Source: a virus (taxonomy: Duplodnaviria; Caudoviricetes). Taken from it: a DNA stretch of 49,089 bases. The notes below the pieces were generated by a model, which was not told where the DNA came from, ran no database searches, and worked only from the letters and a program-made list of their open reading frames with translations. Shown here piece after piece: positions 9,703 through 18,662 of this stretch; positions within the stretch are counted from its first letter, which is position 1; the number at the start of each line of letters is the position of its first letter. The stretch is taken from positions 1-49,089 of the IMG/VR virus record IMGVR_UViG_3300032223_002681; one strand, written 5' to 3'. The position numbers and the translations under genes were made by a program.

Positions 9703-10371
9703 ATGAAAAAGAAGATATTCGCATTCTATCGCGCAATCCTCGATGTCGATCAGGCCGGGGAATTTGCACAGGCCAACATCTGGAAACAAAGTTGGGAAGC
9801 TCAGGGTTGGGAAGCTGTGATGCTCAACGCGAGCCACATCACCCAATCTCCGTTCACAAACATCCTGATGTCTCGAATTATGGGTCTGCGGCAGTTTAAT
9901 GCTGGGATCCCAGCCGTCGCTTTGGATCGCATGATGGCTCGTGCCGGACGTTGGACAGCTCTCGACTCGGGAGGTGGAGGATGGATCTCCGATTACGATG
10001 TTGTAAACTTAGGATTTACTCCGGAGATGGCGGAAAAGATCGAGAAGGAAGTCGATATTGCGGTGCCCAAGGGAGAGGCTGCGTGGGTCATCTACGCAAA
10101 CCGAGAAGCCGCCCACAATGCGGCAAGGGATCTAGCCAACGGGGCAATCTTTATGCCCCCCGACTGGAAGAGATTCTACCCGGAGTATGACTTGTTAAAG
10201 ATCAAGAATGATGTCTTTAAGGACGTTCCGCTTGTCCACGTGACAAACACAAAGGAAGGCGAAAAGAAGCACGAGGTTATGGCTCAGCTTCTATACGACT
10301 ATCGCAATCCTCCCGCGGTAGCCACCGTTCCTCAACAGAAACCCAAGAAGTCTAACCGCAAGACCAAGTGA
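9703..10371 (+). CDS. putative DxD glycosyltransferase (GT32-like)
   Basis: WKQSWEAQGWE near the N-terminus, then RWTAL...GGGWISDYDVVN, resembling the GGxYxDxD sugar-binding motif. Confidence 0.65.
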   Translation: MKKKIFAFYRAILDVDQAGEFAQANIWKQSWEAQGWEAVMLNASHITQSPFTNILMSRIMGLRQFNAGIPAVALDRMMARAGRWTALDSGGGGWISDYDVVNLGFTPEMAEKIEKEVDIAVPKGEAAWVIYANREAAHNAARDLANGAIFMPPDWKRFYPEYDLLKIKNDVFKDVPLVHVTNTKEGEKKHEVMAQLLYDYRNPPAVATVPQQKPKKSNRKTK

Positions 10372-11084
10372 AGTTTTTGGTCGCACTCCAGTATTGGGAA
10401 GGCGATCGAGAGTCTTCTCTGAGACTTTTAGAACTTTTTCACGAAACCGTTCAAGAAAACAATCCTTGGGCGGATCTCGTTGTGTTTCATAGGTTTGACA
10501 CAACCCCACCGCCGGAGGAATTGTTAAAAAAACTGCTACACAATTTTAACAAAGTTTACGTCATAAAGGGTAATCATCAAGCTTCCGGATGGCCGGACGG
10601 GTGCAACGGCCTGTGGTACAATCTGGCAGCTCACGCCGGGGAACGATATGCCTTTTATGGCGACTGGAAGCAGTACAAGGCTTTTCTGTCTATGGAAAGC
10701 GACGCAGGCCCGCTTTCGGACAACTGGCTTGAAGTCTTGTCAAAAGACTGGGACGACAATCAGGTTTGTGTGCTGGGTGCGTGGGATAGTCGTAACGGGG
10801 ATTGCCCGGGTATTGGGCACATCAACGGGAACGGCATGTTTCACATCAACATAGATGGGAAAGCCGGGGTTACTTTACTCCCCCCATCGGGAAAAGGTTG
10901 GGACACTTACTTTGCCAACGTGTTCAAAAAAATCGGGTGGCAAGGTACCCACACCATTCGTAATATCTGGAATCATCCCACGCTTTCCGAAGAACAATTT
11001 TTGAAATTAAAGCAGGATGGCGCTGTTTTCCTTCACGGGATTAAAGACAACAGTGTTAGGGATCTATATCTGAAGCACCGGTGA
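10368..11084 (+). CDS. putative GT-A glycosyltransferase-like protein
   Basis: FLSMESDAGPL (ExD), HINGNGMF, WDTY and C-terminal FLHGIK; GTGA overlap with both neighbours. Confidence 0.55.
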   Translation: MKFLVALQYWEGDRESSLRLLELFHETVQENNPWADLVVFHRFDTTPPPEELLKKLLHNFNKVYVIKGNHQASGWPDGCNGLWYNLAAHAGERYAFYGDWKQYKAFLSMESDAGPLSDNWLEVLSKDWDDNQVCVLGAWDSRNGDCPGIGHINGNGMFHINIDGKAGVTLLPPSGKGWDTYFANVFKKIGWQGTHTIRNIWNHPTLSEEQFLKLKQDGAVFLHGIKDNSVRDLYLKHR

Positions 11085-11770
11085 GAATAATTCATTCAGG
11101 GCATATCGGGGACATCCTCGCCTTCATGCCCACATATCGAAAACTTAACGGGACCAAATTGATTGTGACCAACCACAACGAGGTTTGGCCAAAGATGGAA
11201 GGGTTTCGTTACAATTCTCTTGCGCCTTTGCTATCTTATCTTGAGATACCAAGCGAGTTTCAGCTAAACCCTATTGGAGATTTTGATTCCCGGGATTTCC
11301 GTTCGATCTACGACCCCCAGATTTCTTTGCTAGTGACGCAAGCTAGGTATTGCGGGGTTGATCCCGACGAAAGCCCGTGGATCTCGGTAACGCCAGACCA
11401 AAAAACAAAAGGACGTGTCCTTTTGAGCCGAACCTCAAGGTATCACAATTATAATTTTCCGTGGCGCAGGGTAGTGAGCCATTTGGGCAGCCGTGCCATT
11501 TTCATGGGTACCCAAGACGAATATGAAGACTTCCTGAAAGAAGTTGGGCATCCTGTAGAATATCTCCCAACGATAGATTGTTTAGCGATGGCCAAAGCAA
11601 TCGCCGGCAGTGATCTCTACATCCACAACCAATCCGCAGGGTTTTGGATGGCCGCGGGAATGAGGCACCCGCAAATCCAAGAGACCAGCGATTGCCACAA
11701 CGATACTTTTCTTGATTATCCCGGGGCAAGATATATAAGGAATGAGTACCTCGACATTTCCTCCCTATGA
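11081..11770 (+). CDS. GT-B fold, GT9 (heptosyltransferase)-like glycosyltransferase
   Basis: N-terminal HSGHIGDIL and C-terminal AKAIAGSDLYIHNQSAGFWMAAGMRHP match the GT9 GD and GNDSGxxHxAxAxxxP motifs. Confidence 0.75.
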   Translation: MRIIHSGHIGDILAFMPTYRKLNGTKLIVTNHNEVWPKMEGFRYNSLAPLLSYLEIPSEFQLNPIGDFDSRDFRSIYDPQISLLVTQARYCGVDPDESPWISVTPDQKTKGRVLLSRTSRYHNYNFPWRRVVSHLGSRAIFMGTQDEYEDFLKEVGHPVEYLPTIDCLAMAKAIAGSDLYIHNQSAGFWMAAGMRHPQIQETSDCHNDTFLDYPGARYIRNEYLDISSL

Positions 11771-12084
11771 AAAAAAAGGAACCCCTTTTCAAAAATTTTA
11801 AGGTAAAGATCCGAGGTCGTTGGTGGAAAGTTTTGCGGAAAGCTCCCCCAAACGCCCCCGACGCAGTGGGCCTATGCGATTTTGACGAGCACACTATTTA
11901 CATCCGCCCCGGAGCCGAGATGCCCGCGACTATCATTCACGAGTGCATCCATGCGGCAATTCCCGATGTGGACGAGCATGCTGTTGAGTGCGCTGAATTG
12001 GCAATCATGGAGTGCATAAAAAAATGCAACTGCGTCGCCGAAGAAAAAATTTTAGAAAAACCCTTGACGAGTAAGACGAGGTAG
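11767..12084 (+). CDS. small zincin-like metallopeptidase
   Basis: GLCDFDEHTIYI...TIIHECIHA (HExxH) with a downstream DE; ATGA overlap with the GT9-like gene. Confidence 0.75.
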   Translation: MKKKEPLFKNFKVKIRGRWWKVLRKAPPNAPDAVGLCDFDEHTIYIRPGAEMPATIIHECIHAAIPDVDEHAVECAELAIMECIKKCNCVAEEKILEKPLTSKTR

Positions 12085-12092
12085 CATAGAAA
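12064..12092 (+). promoter_or_regulatory. putative promoter for the capsid leader
   Basis: TTGACG-17bp-TAGAAA immediately before the structured non-coding region. Confidence 0.45.
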
Positions 12093-12099
12093 ACATTTA

Positions 12100-12295
12100 A
12101 GCACGGTGCGTCCTCTCCGCATGAGGATGGCTCTGGTGGGAGCCACAGAACCCGCTAAACAGGCCGCAACCATTATACTCTCAGCGTGCCGGAGAGTGAC
12201 AACAAGAACCAAACTTTGCATCGTGACCGCACGCGGTCGCTGTGCACCTTGAGGTTGTCGCTCCAAACCAAACCAAAGTGGGCGGTGACTTCAAG
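12100..12295 (+). ncRNA. structured RNA / 5' leader of the major capsid gene (five hairpins)
   Basis: Stems 12109-15/12123-29, 12132-49, 12177-82/12192-97, 12217-46 and 12251-63/12280-92 (13 bp including G-U pairs), separated mostly by A/C-rich linkers. Confidence 0.55.
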
Positions 12296-12312
12296 AAAAC
12301 TCCAACACCACT

Positions 12313-13680
12313 ATGGCATACGCCACAATCAGTCTGGATGCGGTCCAGAATTTCGCGTCGAAAGACGTGGTCCGCATCGTTGGGCAAATCGCCCGCGTTC
12401 TGGCTCGCAAGAGCCCGTTCATCAACTCGGTTGACGGTGGAACCCTTCCTAACAGCTCGGACGTTGTCCGCTCGGTTGTTGAGGAAATGGCCGTTCCCCG
12501 TTCTTCCCTCGCAGCTCCTGCGTTCGTCAATGACTCCGATCTCTCCTTCAACGCTTATAGCGGTTGGCAGGGTGCTCAGGGTCCTTGGGCTAACGGCCTG
12601 AGCTCCGGACAACCTAACGTGCCTCCCGGTGCGACCCCCAACACCCCCAACTCGGTGGTCAATGGGTCCTACACCCAGAGCTCGGTCCTCCCGTACAATG
12701 CCGCCACCCTCGTTGGTGACCGCGTTGGTACAACTGAGTACCTCTATCAGCTCCAGACCCTTCGCGGCGCTGGACCTCGCGTCAACGTCAAGACCGCTCG
12801 TGCCTCCTTCAAGGGCAGCTACCTGCAGGCTCAAGTCGCTCTGGAGAAGACCATTCTCCAAGTGATCAACGCTGACATCCGGTTCCAGTTCCTCGTTCAG
12901 TCCGGTATCAAGTATGTTGCCCTGTCCACCCAGCCGTTCACCACGAACCTGACTGGCGACATGCAGCAGATCAACACCAAGTTCTCGACCGTCGGCGGCA
13001 ATCCCGACAGCCCGATGAACTTCAAGACGCTCTATAAGATTGGTAGCTTCCTCCGCGAGGAGATGCTTGCCGAGCCTTTCGCGAGCAAGGATGGCGAGTT
13101 CTTCCAAGTTCTCGCTTCTGTTGATCAGATCGAGGTGTTCCGCAACGACGCCGACGTGAAAGAGGATCTCCTCTATCTCACCGCCGGTTCCTTCAAGCTC
13201 GGTGAGGACAGCATCACTGGCTATCAGTTCATGGGCTACCGTGGCTTCGCCTTCGGTATTGACCAGCAGCCAATCCGCGCCCTCGGCCTCAACGTCGATG
13301 GTACGATCACTCCTGTCGAGCCGATCGTCGCCGCTCAGGTCACCAACGGTTACGGCCAGCGCCGCAACCCCGCTTGGGTCTCCGCTCCTTACGAAGTCCT
13401 CTTCGTTATCGCCGGCGAGTCCTTCAAGCGTCTGGTTCCCGAGAACTACGTCGGTGAAGGCACCTTCCGCTTCGCTCCTCAGCTTGCTATGGGCGAACTC
13501 GAGTGGACCTACTACCGCGACAACTATGAGAACCAGTTCGGTGATTATGGACAGCACATCTACCAGATTAGCCGTGCGTTCCAGCCGATCCGCCCGCAGA
13601 ACGTCTGCGCGGTTCTCTACAAGCGGTGCCCGTTTGACGGTCAGGCCCTCTCCTGCTCTACCAGCACCACCGGTCTGTAA
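12313..13680 (+). CDS. major capsid protein
   Basis: 455 aa with the strongest C-ending codon bias seen in the window (high expression); downstream of the scaffold, preceded by a long leader and followed by a strong hairpin. Confidence 0.85.
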   Translation: MAYATISLDAVQNFASKDVVRIVGQIARVLARKSPFINSVDGGTLPNSSDVVRSVVEEMAVPRSSLAAPAFVNDSDLSFNAYSGWQGAQGPWANGLSSGQPNVPPGATPNTPNSVVNGSYTQSSVLPYNAATLVGDRVGTTEYLYQLQTLRGAGPRVNVKTARASFKGSYLQAQVALEKTILQVINADIRFQFLVQSGIKYVALSTQPFTTNLTGDMQQINTKFSTVGGNPDSPMNFKTLYKIGSFLREEMLAEPFASKDGEFFQVLASVDQIEVFRNDADVKEDLLYLTAGSFKLGEDSITGYQFMGYRGFAFGIDQQPIRALGLNVDGTITPVEPIVAAQVTNGYGQRRNPAWVSAPYEVLFVIAGESFKRLVPENYVGEGTFRFAPQLAMGELEWTYYRDNYENQFGDYGQHIYQISRAFQPIRPQNVCAVLYKRCPFDGQALSCSTSTTGL

Positions 13681-13696
13681 GAAGTAGTTTGACACA

Positions 13697-13727
13697 GGTG
13701 GGGTTTAGTCATTGACTAAGCCCCACC
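13697..13727 (+). terminator. 14-bp stem-loop after the capsid gene (attenuator or stabiliser; no U-tract)
   Basis: GGTGGGGTTTAGTC-ATT-GACTAAGCCCCACC. Confidence 0.6.
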
Positions 13728-13763
13728 CAGTCAGGTTACATCATAAGACAACCAAAACCAAAA

Positions 13764-14309
13764 ATGGCTACTACTTTTACAATCCCCCCAATCCTAAGCG
13801 ATTCGACTTTCCGCAAGCTGAATCTTCAGCTCCTAAATGCCATTCTGGGTCAAGGGGGCGGAGTTGCCAGCAATGTAGCGGTTACGAATTTTCCAGCTAC
13901 ACAGACTGTAAATGGATCAGTTAGTGTTGCTGGAAATGTTGAAGTAACTAACGATGTTGGCAATCCTCTTCCTGTAAATGGAACAGTTGAAATAACTAAC
14001 GATGTTGGAAATGCCATTCCAATTTCAGGAACGGTTGTTCCTACCTCCTCTGCCGGAACTTTAATCTCCGGAACGGTAACGGGATCCGTGGTAATTCTTG
14101 CCGCTGGGTCAAGGAAATATCTAGCAATCCAAAACACGAGTTCTTCAAACCCTATGTATATTACTACCGACGGTACTACCCCATCCGCCACCAACGGGTT
14201 TGTTCTCCAACCTTCGGGAGGAGGTTTTGTGTGGGAAAATTCTTGGGTACCTAACGGAGTTATTACTGCCTATTCAACTGGCACAACCAGCACCCTGATC
14301 TGGGCTTAA
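13764..14309 (+). CDS. virion structural protein (decoration/fibre-like)
   Basis: Val/Thr/Gly/Asn-rich beta composition with an internal repeat (GxVEVTNDVGN); follows the capsid gene. Confidence 0.65.
   Translation: MATTFTIPPILSDSTFRKLNLQLLNAILGQGGGVASNVAVTNFPATQTVNGSVSVAGNVEVTNDVGNPLPVNGTVEITNDVGNAIPISGTVVPTSSAGTLISGTVTGSVVILAAGSRKYLAIQNTSSSNPMYITTDGTTPSATNGFVLQPSGGGFVWENSWVPNGVITAYSTGTTSTLIWA
13932..14012 (+). repeat. 48-bp-period tandem repeat within the CDS
   Basis: GGAAATGTTGAAGTAACTAACGATGTTGGCAAT (13932) versus GGAACAGTTGAAATAACTAACGATGTTGGAAAT (13980). Confidence 0.8.
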
Positions 14310-14313
14310 TCTT

Positions 14314-15015
14314 ATGGGTTTTTTAAGCGCCCCAATCCAGACCCTGCTTTCTTTAGCAAATACTTGGACGAACAATCAAACGTTCTCCGGGACTCAAAAT
14401 ACTGTTCCTACCCCTACGGGAGGAAATAATAGCACGACTATTGCTAATACTGCGTTTGTTCAATCCGCAATCGCTGGGCTCTCTGGCGTGCTCAACATGC
14501 CAACCAACGCGGTTGATGTCGTTCCTAGAGCTAATTTGGCATCTTTTCCTTTTGCAACCAACGGAAACGTCAATTTCACCATGTTTACGCCTTTAGCAAA
14601 TCTGACCGTCTCTAGTTTTGCAATATCAAGTGGAGCAAACACAACGGTTGGGGCAACCTTGGTGAGGTTGGGGTTGTATGTTTGGAACGAAGGAACGCAA
14701 ACAGCAACGCTCGTTGCTAGAACCGCAAACGACACTTCAATCCTTTCGTCCAGCGATACAACTTTTACTAGAAACTTTGACACAACCGGAGGCTACCCAG
14801 CTTCTTATTCTCTTGTTGCAGGATCTAGGTATGCGGTTGCTTGGGTTATTGTGGGAGCTACGTCGTTTACCCGAATCCCAAGCGTGGCGGGTCAAAATTC
14901 CGTTTTCCTACAAACCCCAGTGATTTCTCGCACTCTATCCGGGCAATCTGATTTGCCAATATCTACAGGTAGCACAACAGCTAATAACACTATTTACAAT
15001 ACAAGACTTTCCTAA
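14314..15015 (+). CDS. fibre-like structural protein
   Basis: ANTWTNNQTF and STTIANTAFVQSAI tail-fibre repeat motifs, followed by a beta-rich C-terminal domain. Confidence 0.7.
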   Translation: MGFLSAPIQTLLSLANTWTNNQTFSGTQNTVPTPTGGNNSTTIANTAFVQSAIAGLSGVLNMPTNAVDVVPRANLASFPFATNGNVNFTMFTPLANLTVSSFAISSGANTTVGATLVRLGLYVWNEGTQTATLVARTANDTSILSSSDTTFTRNFDTTGGYPASYSLVAGSRYAVAWVIVGATSFTRIPSVAGQNSVFLQTPVISRTLSGQSDLPISTGSTTANNTIYNTRLS

Positions 15016-15016
15016 T

Positions 15017-15148
15017 ATGGACGAAAACACGCAACCAATTAACATCCGTTTAGAAGACAAGGGAACTGTTGACGGCATTCATGTCGTTGAGGTCTACAAC
15101 GCTGATACGGGAGAGCTGATCGGAAAAAACGAAACTTTTGTTGAATAG
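15017..15148 (+). CDS. 43-aa acidic protein, possible fibre chaperone (below the ORF-track cutoff)
   Basis: ATG 1 bp after the fibre stop, encoding MDENTQPINIRLEDKGTVDGIHVVEVYNADTGELIGKNETFVE; fills the gap almost exactly. Confidence 0.65.
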   Translation: MDENTQPINIRLEDKGTVDGIHVVEVYNADTGELIGKNETFVE

Positions 15149-15162
15149 GAAATTACTTAGCT

Positions 15163-15345
15163 ATGAGCAACCATGTGGTATCCAACGCTGAAGTAGGCTC
15201 AACAAGTGCCATCGTCTCGTTGGTGACTTTGATTGTCTCTTTCTTCAACTCCACCCATGTGTGGTTGCAGAACATGACCCTGCTGGTATCCCTCATCGCT
15301 GGTCTTATCGCCATCTATATTGGGGTTAAGCGTCTCCTAAAATGA
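15163..15345 (+). CDS. holin-like protein (2 TM)
   Basis: 60 aa with two hydrophobic segments and a basic C-terminus (KRLLK); opens the lysis cassette. Confidence 0.6.
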   Translation: MSNHVVSNAEVGSTSAIVSLVTLIVSFFNSTHVWLQNMTLLVSLIAGLIAIYIGVKRLLK

Positions 15346-15707
15346 AAAGTATCGCCATCCTAGCCGCCCTGTTGCTGGCAGGGTGTGCCTCCCACGAGAA
15401 GGTTTCCTACACGGCTCCCTCGGTTGTCGGGGTGAAGACCAGCATTGAAAAGCTCAAGCCGCTCGTCACAACTCCCGCAGGGAATGCGGTGATTAAGGAG
15501 CTAAACGCCGCAGTAGACACCTACCAAGCTCAAGTTGACCAACAGTCCAAGGATCTAGCCAAGGCTCAAAACGATGCGGCATACTGGCATCAGAAGCAGG
15601 AGAAGGCTCTTAAAGAGCTATGGACATGGCGTTTGATTGCACTTTCTGCAATCTTGTGCGTAGTGATTTATATTGGAATCAAGACATCATGGCGGTTTCT
15701 AATCTGA
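15342..15707 (+). CDS. lipoprotein with C-terminal TM helix; spanin-like
   Basis: Signal peptide II MKSIAILAALLLAG|C, coiled coil, then TM LIALSAILCVVIYIGI. Confidence 0.65.
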   Translation: MKSIAILAALLLAGCASHEKVSYTAPSVVGVKTSIEKLKPLVTTPAGNAVIKELNAAVDTYQAQVDQQSKDLAKAQNDAAYWHQKQEKALKELWTWRLIALSAILCVVIYIGIKTSWRFLI

Positions 15708-16057
15708 TTGCAAAAAAACTGGACCAGCCCGCGTCGAAGAGCAAAAAGGCTTTGTATGCAGGATTGGCTGGCTTGGGGGTTGTTATTGTTTTTCTCTTCT
15801 CGGCGTTCCTTATTCTCAAACATTCGGAGGTTTCCCGGGAGATAGTAGAACTTGCCACCACGGCGATCATGGCCTTTATGGCCCTTGCGGTTACCCTGAT
15901 CACTGGGCAGAGCGCTTTTGACTGGAAAGCAGTGTCCGCACTGCAGCACATGGACGAGGATGTTCACGAAACCGTGAGCAGCAACCAGCCCGTGAACCAG
16001 CTCGATATTTCCCACGAGAGAAGCCCTAAGGATTTTTTGCGTGACTTCCCGTTTTAA
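15689..16057 (+). CDS. membrane protein (2 TM), holin/antiholin candidate
   Basis: In-frame ATG at 15689; SKSKK followed by two long hydrophobic helices; overlaps the endolysin start. Confidence 0.55.
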   Translation: MAVSNLIAKKLDQPASKSKKALYAGLAGLGVVIVFLFSAFLILKHSEVSREIVELATTAIMAFMALAVTLITGQSAFDWKAVSALQHMDEDVHETVSSNQPVNQLDISHERSPKDFLRDFPF

Positions 16058-16532
16058 CGCTTTCATTCCGTTCATTCTAAAGCACGAGACGGCCTACCAA
16101 AAAGGTCACTGGGGCGACGATCGGTATGTCAAGACAGAGCGAGACCCTCAGGATCCGGGCGGCACGACCCGATACGGAATTGACCTTGGCGAACACCAAC
16201 ACGCTCCGTGGAACTTGACTGATGCGATGGTTGACAAGTTGACCAAGGAACGGGCGATAGAAATTTATTGGCGACACTGGCAACTCGACGGGGTCGAAAA
16301 GCTTCCCGCGGTCGTTGGGGAGTGCTATTTTAACTGCGCTACGATGAGCGGTCGCGGGCAAGCGGATCTGATTCTGCACCGCACAATCGGGGCTGCCAAC
16401 TTCATGAAAGACGAAATTCGAGTATTCAAACTTATCGTAGAAAATAATCCTTCGTCAAAAAAATATGTTGACGGATGGACCAATCGTATTGTAGATGAAG
16501 CCAGATTCTTCGGAATCTCTTTAACAACATAA
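16041..16532 (+). CDS. endolysin, glycoside hydrolase family 108
   Basis: ILKHE...DPQDPGGTTRYGI, LTKERAIEIYWRHW and C-terminal YVDGWTNRI match the GH108 plus PG-binding pattern. Confidence 0.85.
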   Translation: MTSRFNAFIPFILKHETAYQKGHWGDDRYVKTERDPQDPGGTTRYGIDLGEHQHAPWNLTDAMVDKLTKERAIEIYWRHWQLDGVEKLPAVVGECYFNCATMSGRGQADLILHRTIGAANFMKDEIRVFKLIVENNPSSKKYVDGWTNRIVDEARFFGISLTT

Positions 16533-16537
16533 CCCAC

Positions 16538-17521
16538 ATGAAAAGCATAAAAAACTTAGCCGAAGACCTCATCCGTAAATTCCCAAACAGCCCTTCCTTG
16601 ACTCTTGCAAGGCGTCTTTTTGCCGACCACCCAGAGCGAATTTCAACGCTCGACTCTGCTCGGGTAGCAATCCGAACTGTCCGGGGGGCAAAGGGAAAAC
16701 GCGACCTACGCTACGCTTCTATCCCTCGGGAACACCAAAAACCACACAACCCGCTGGGGCTTCCCGACAGCGATGAAACCGTTTGGGAGCCTTTCCTTAT
16801 TCAAGGCGATCAAAAGATTGGAGTCTTCGGAGACGTTCACATCCCTTACCACAACATTCTCGGGGTCACGGCTTATCTCCAGTGGCTTGAAAAACAAAAC
16901 CCTGACACGATTTTGATCAACGGGGACCTTTGTGATTTCCACGGGCTATCCCGATTTGAGAAAAACCCCAAGGCCCGCAATCTTGCTGGCGAGAGGGACG
17001 CTACGCTTCAATTTTTTACTGTCTTACGCCGAATGTTCCCCAAGGCTCGGATCATCCTCAAACTTGGGAATCATGACGAGCGGCTTGAGAAGTTCCTGAA
17101 CGTGAAAGCGCCCGAGCTTCTTGATCTTGGGGAGCTTGGATTTGAAAGCCTGTTCAAGCTAGACAACTTTGGTATTGAATTGGTTGGGCAAAAGCGAATC
17201 ATCCGCGCAGGGGACCTGTCGATTCTTCACGGCCACGAATACCCTACCCCCGTAATCGGGCCGGTCAACGCCGCCCGCGGGCTGTTTCTCAGGGCCAAAG
17301 ATAGCGCCCTTGTGAACCATCACCATCAGGTAAGTGAGCACACCGAAAGCACAATCAAGGGAAAGATGATCACCTGTTGGTCTCTTGGGTGTTTGTGTGA
17401 GCTCCACCCAGCCTATGCCCCGATTAACAAATGGTCCCACGGTGGAGCCCTTGTTGAGATTGACAAGGAAGGCAACTACGAGGTCACCAACAAGCGGATT
17501 CTCCACGGTAAGGTTTTGTAA
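16538..17521 (+). CDS. calcineurin-like metallophosphoesterase
   Basis: GDVHIP, INGDLCD, LGNHDER, LHGHE and NHHH motifs in canonical order. Confidence 0.88.
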   Translation: MKSIKNLAEDLIRKFPNSPSLTLARRLFADHPERISTLDSARVAIRTVRGAKGKRDLRYASIPREHQKPHNPLGLPDSDETVWEPFLIQGDQKIGVFGDVHIPYHNILGVTAYLQWLEKQNPDTILINGDLCDFHGLSRFEKNPKARNLAGERDATLQFFTVLRRMFPKARIILKLGNHDERLEKFLNVKAPELLDLGELGFESLFKLDNFGIELVGQKRIIRAGDLSILHGHEYPTPVIGPVNAARGLFLRAKDSALVNHHHQVSEHTESTIKGKMITCWSLGCLCELHPAYAPINKWSHGGALVEIDKEGNYEVTNKRILHGKVL

Positions 17522-17578
17522 AAAACTGCTTTACAAGAGCCCTTAAAAACCCCACTTTACCGGCAACCTTTTTACACT

Positions 17579-18658
17579 ATGTCTTGTGGATGCGACACTA
17601 CTGGCGGACCTTACTACAACGGCGTTTGCCGTGAAGACCTCCCGTACCCTCAAGTATCGCACGAATCGGTCCCTTCGCTGATTGACAATTTGGTCACAGC
17701 CCTCTACGGAAGCTTTTACAATCCGACCACCCAAACTGGGTACATCACCAAGAGCGTGGTAAACGGTCGCATCGTTTGGAATATCCCCTGTGACCCCAAC
17801 AACACGGCCTCAACCCCGGGAATCCCCCGAAATTCCGGGGAAGGATTGCTGTGTTACATGATCCGATGTTTTACACAATTTCAGACACTTTACCCCCAAC
17901 TCGTTACGCTTACGGGAATACAAACCCTCACCAATAAAACTTTAACTTCCCCAGTTATTACCACACCCACCGGCATTCTTGCCTCGGACATCGGGGTTGG
18001 GATCCTCCAATCTGGGATCACGATTGCGGGTTCTCAAATCACGGGCGTCATTCCAAATAGCGCAACCACCGCAACTAATCTCAACACCGCAAGCACGATT
18101 GTTTTGAGAGACGTTTCCGGAAATTTTTCGGCAGGCACTATTACGGCAAACCTGATTGGCAACGTCACCGGCAGCGTTAGTGGAAATGCCGGGACGGCTA
18201 CCAACATTGCCGGCGGGGGAGCGGGGCAAGTCCCTTACAACACCGGTGCGGGGGCAACAGCTTTCCTAGCCGCCGGCACAGCTACTCAAGCTATTGTTGG
18301 TGGAACTTCCCCGGCATGGTCAACTGCTTCGTCTTCTGTCAAGTTAGTGAACAGCGCTAAAGCATGGTACCGCGGGACCATTTCTGGCGGTACTTTGACT
18401 CAGGCCGCGGCTTTTGGGTGCTCTGTGTCCCGCACAGGCACGGGGGCGTTCACGGTAACTCTCTCGAACAACTCCGACGCAAACTACGTGGTTGTGTTTA
18501 GCTTCACCAATGCAACTAGCTTGACTAGCTACAACTATACTATTTCAAACTCTACCACATTTACTTTCACTACTTACGTGATGTCGGTTACCGGAAGCAC
18601 GCTTAACCAAACCGCAACCGATCTGACCTCCATTAACTTTGTAGTCTACGGAAATTAA
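17579..18658 (+). CDS. tail fibre protein
   Basis: QTLTNKTLTSP, TIVLRDVSGNFSAGTITA and GNAGTATNIAGG fibre repeats, with a C-terminal AKAW...VSRTGTGAFTV knob. Confidence 0.8.
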   Translation: MSCGCDTTGGPYYNGVCREDLPYPQVSHESVPSLIDNLVTALYGSFYNPTTQTGYITKSVVNGRIVWNIPCDPNNTASTPGIPRNSGEGLLCYMIRCFTQFQTLYPQLVTLTGIQTLTNKTLTSPVITTPTGILASDIGVGILQSGITIAGSQITGVIPNSATTATNLNTASTIVLRDVSGNFSAGTITANLIGNVTGSVSGNAGTATNIAGGGAGQVPYNTGAGATAFLAAGTATQAIVGGTSPAWSTASSSVKLVNSAKAWYRGTISGGTLTQAAAFGCSVSRTGTGAFTVTLSNNSDANYVVVFSFTNATSLTSYNYTISNSTTFTFTTYVMSVTGSTLNQTATDLTSINFVVYGN

Positions 18659-18662
18659 AATT

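Noticed and set aside
12181-13695. 504-aa ORF antisense to the major capsid gene
   Set aside because: Shadow ORF expected from the strong codon bias of the sense gene; no recognisable motifs. The same applies to antisense ORFs over terL, the portal and the SSB-like gene.
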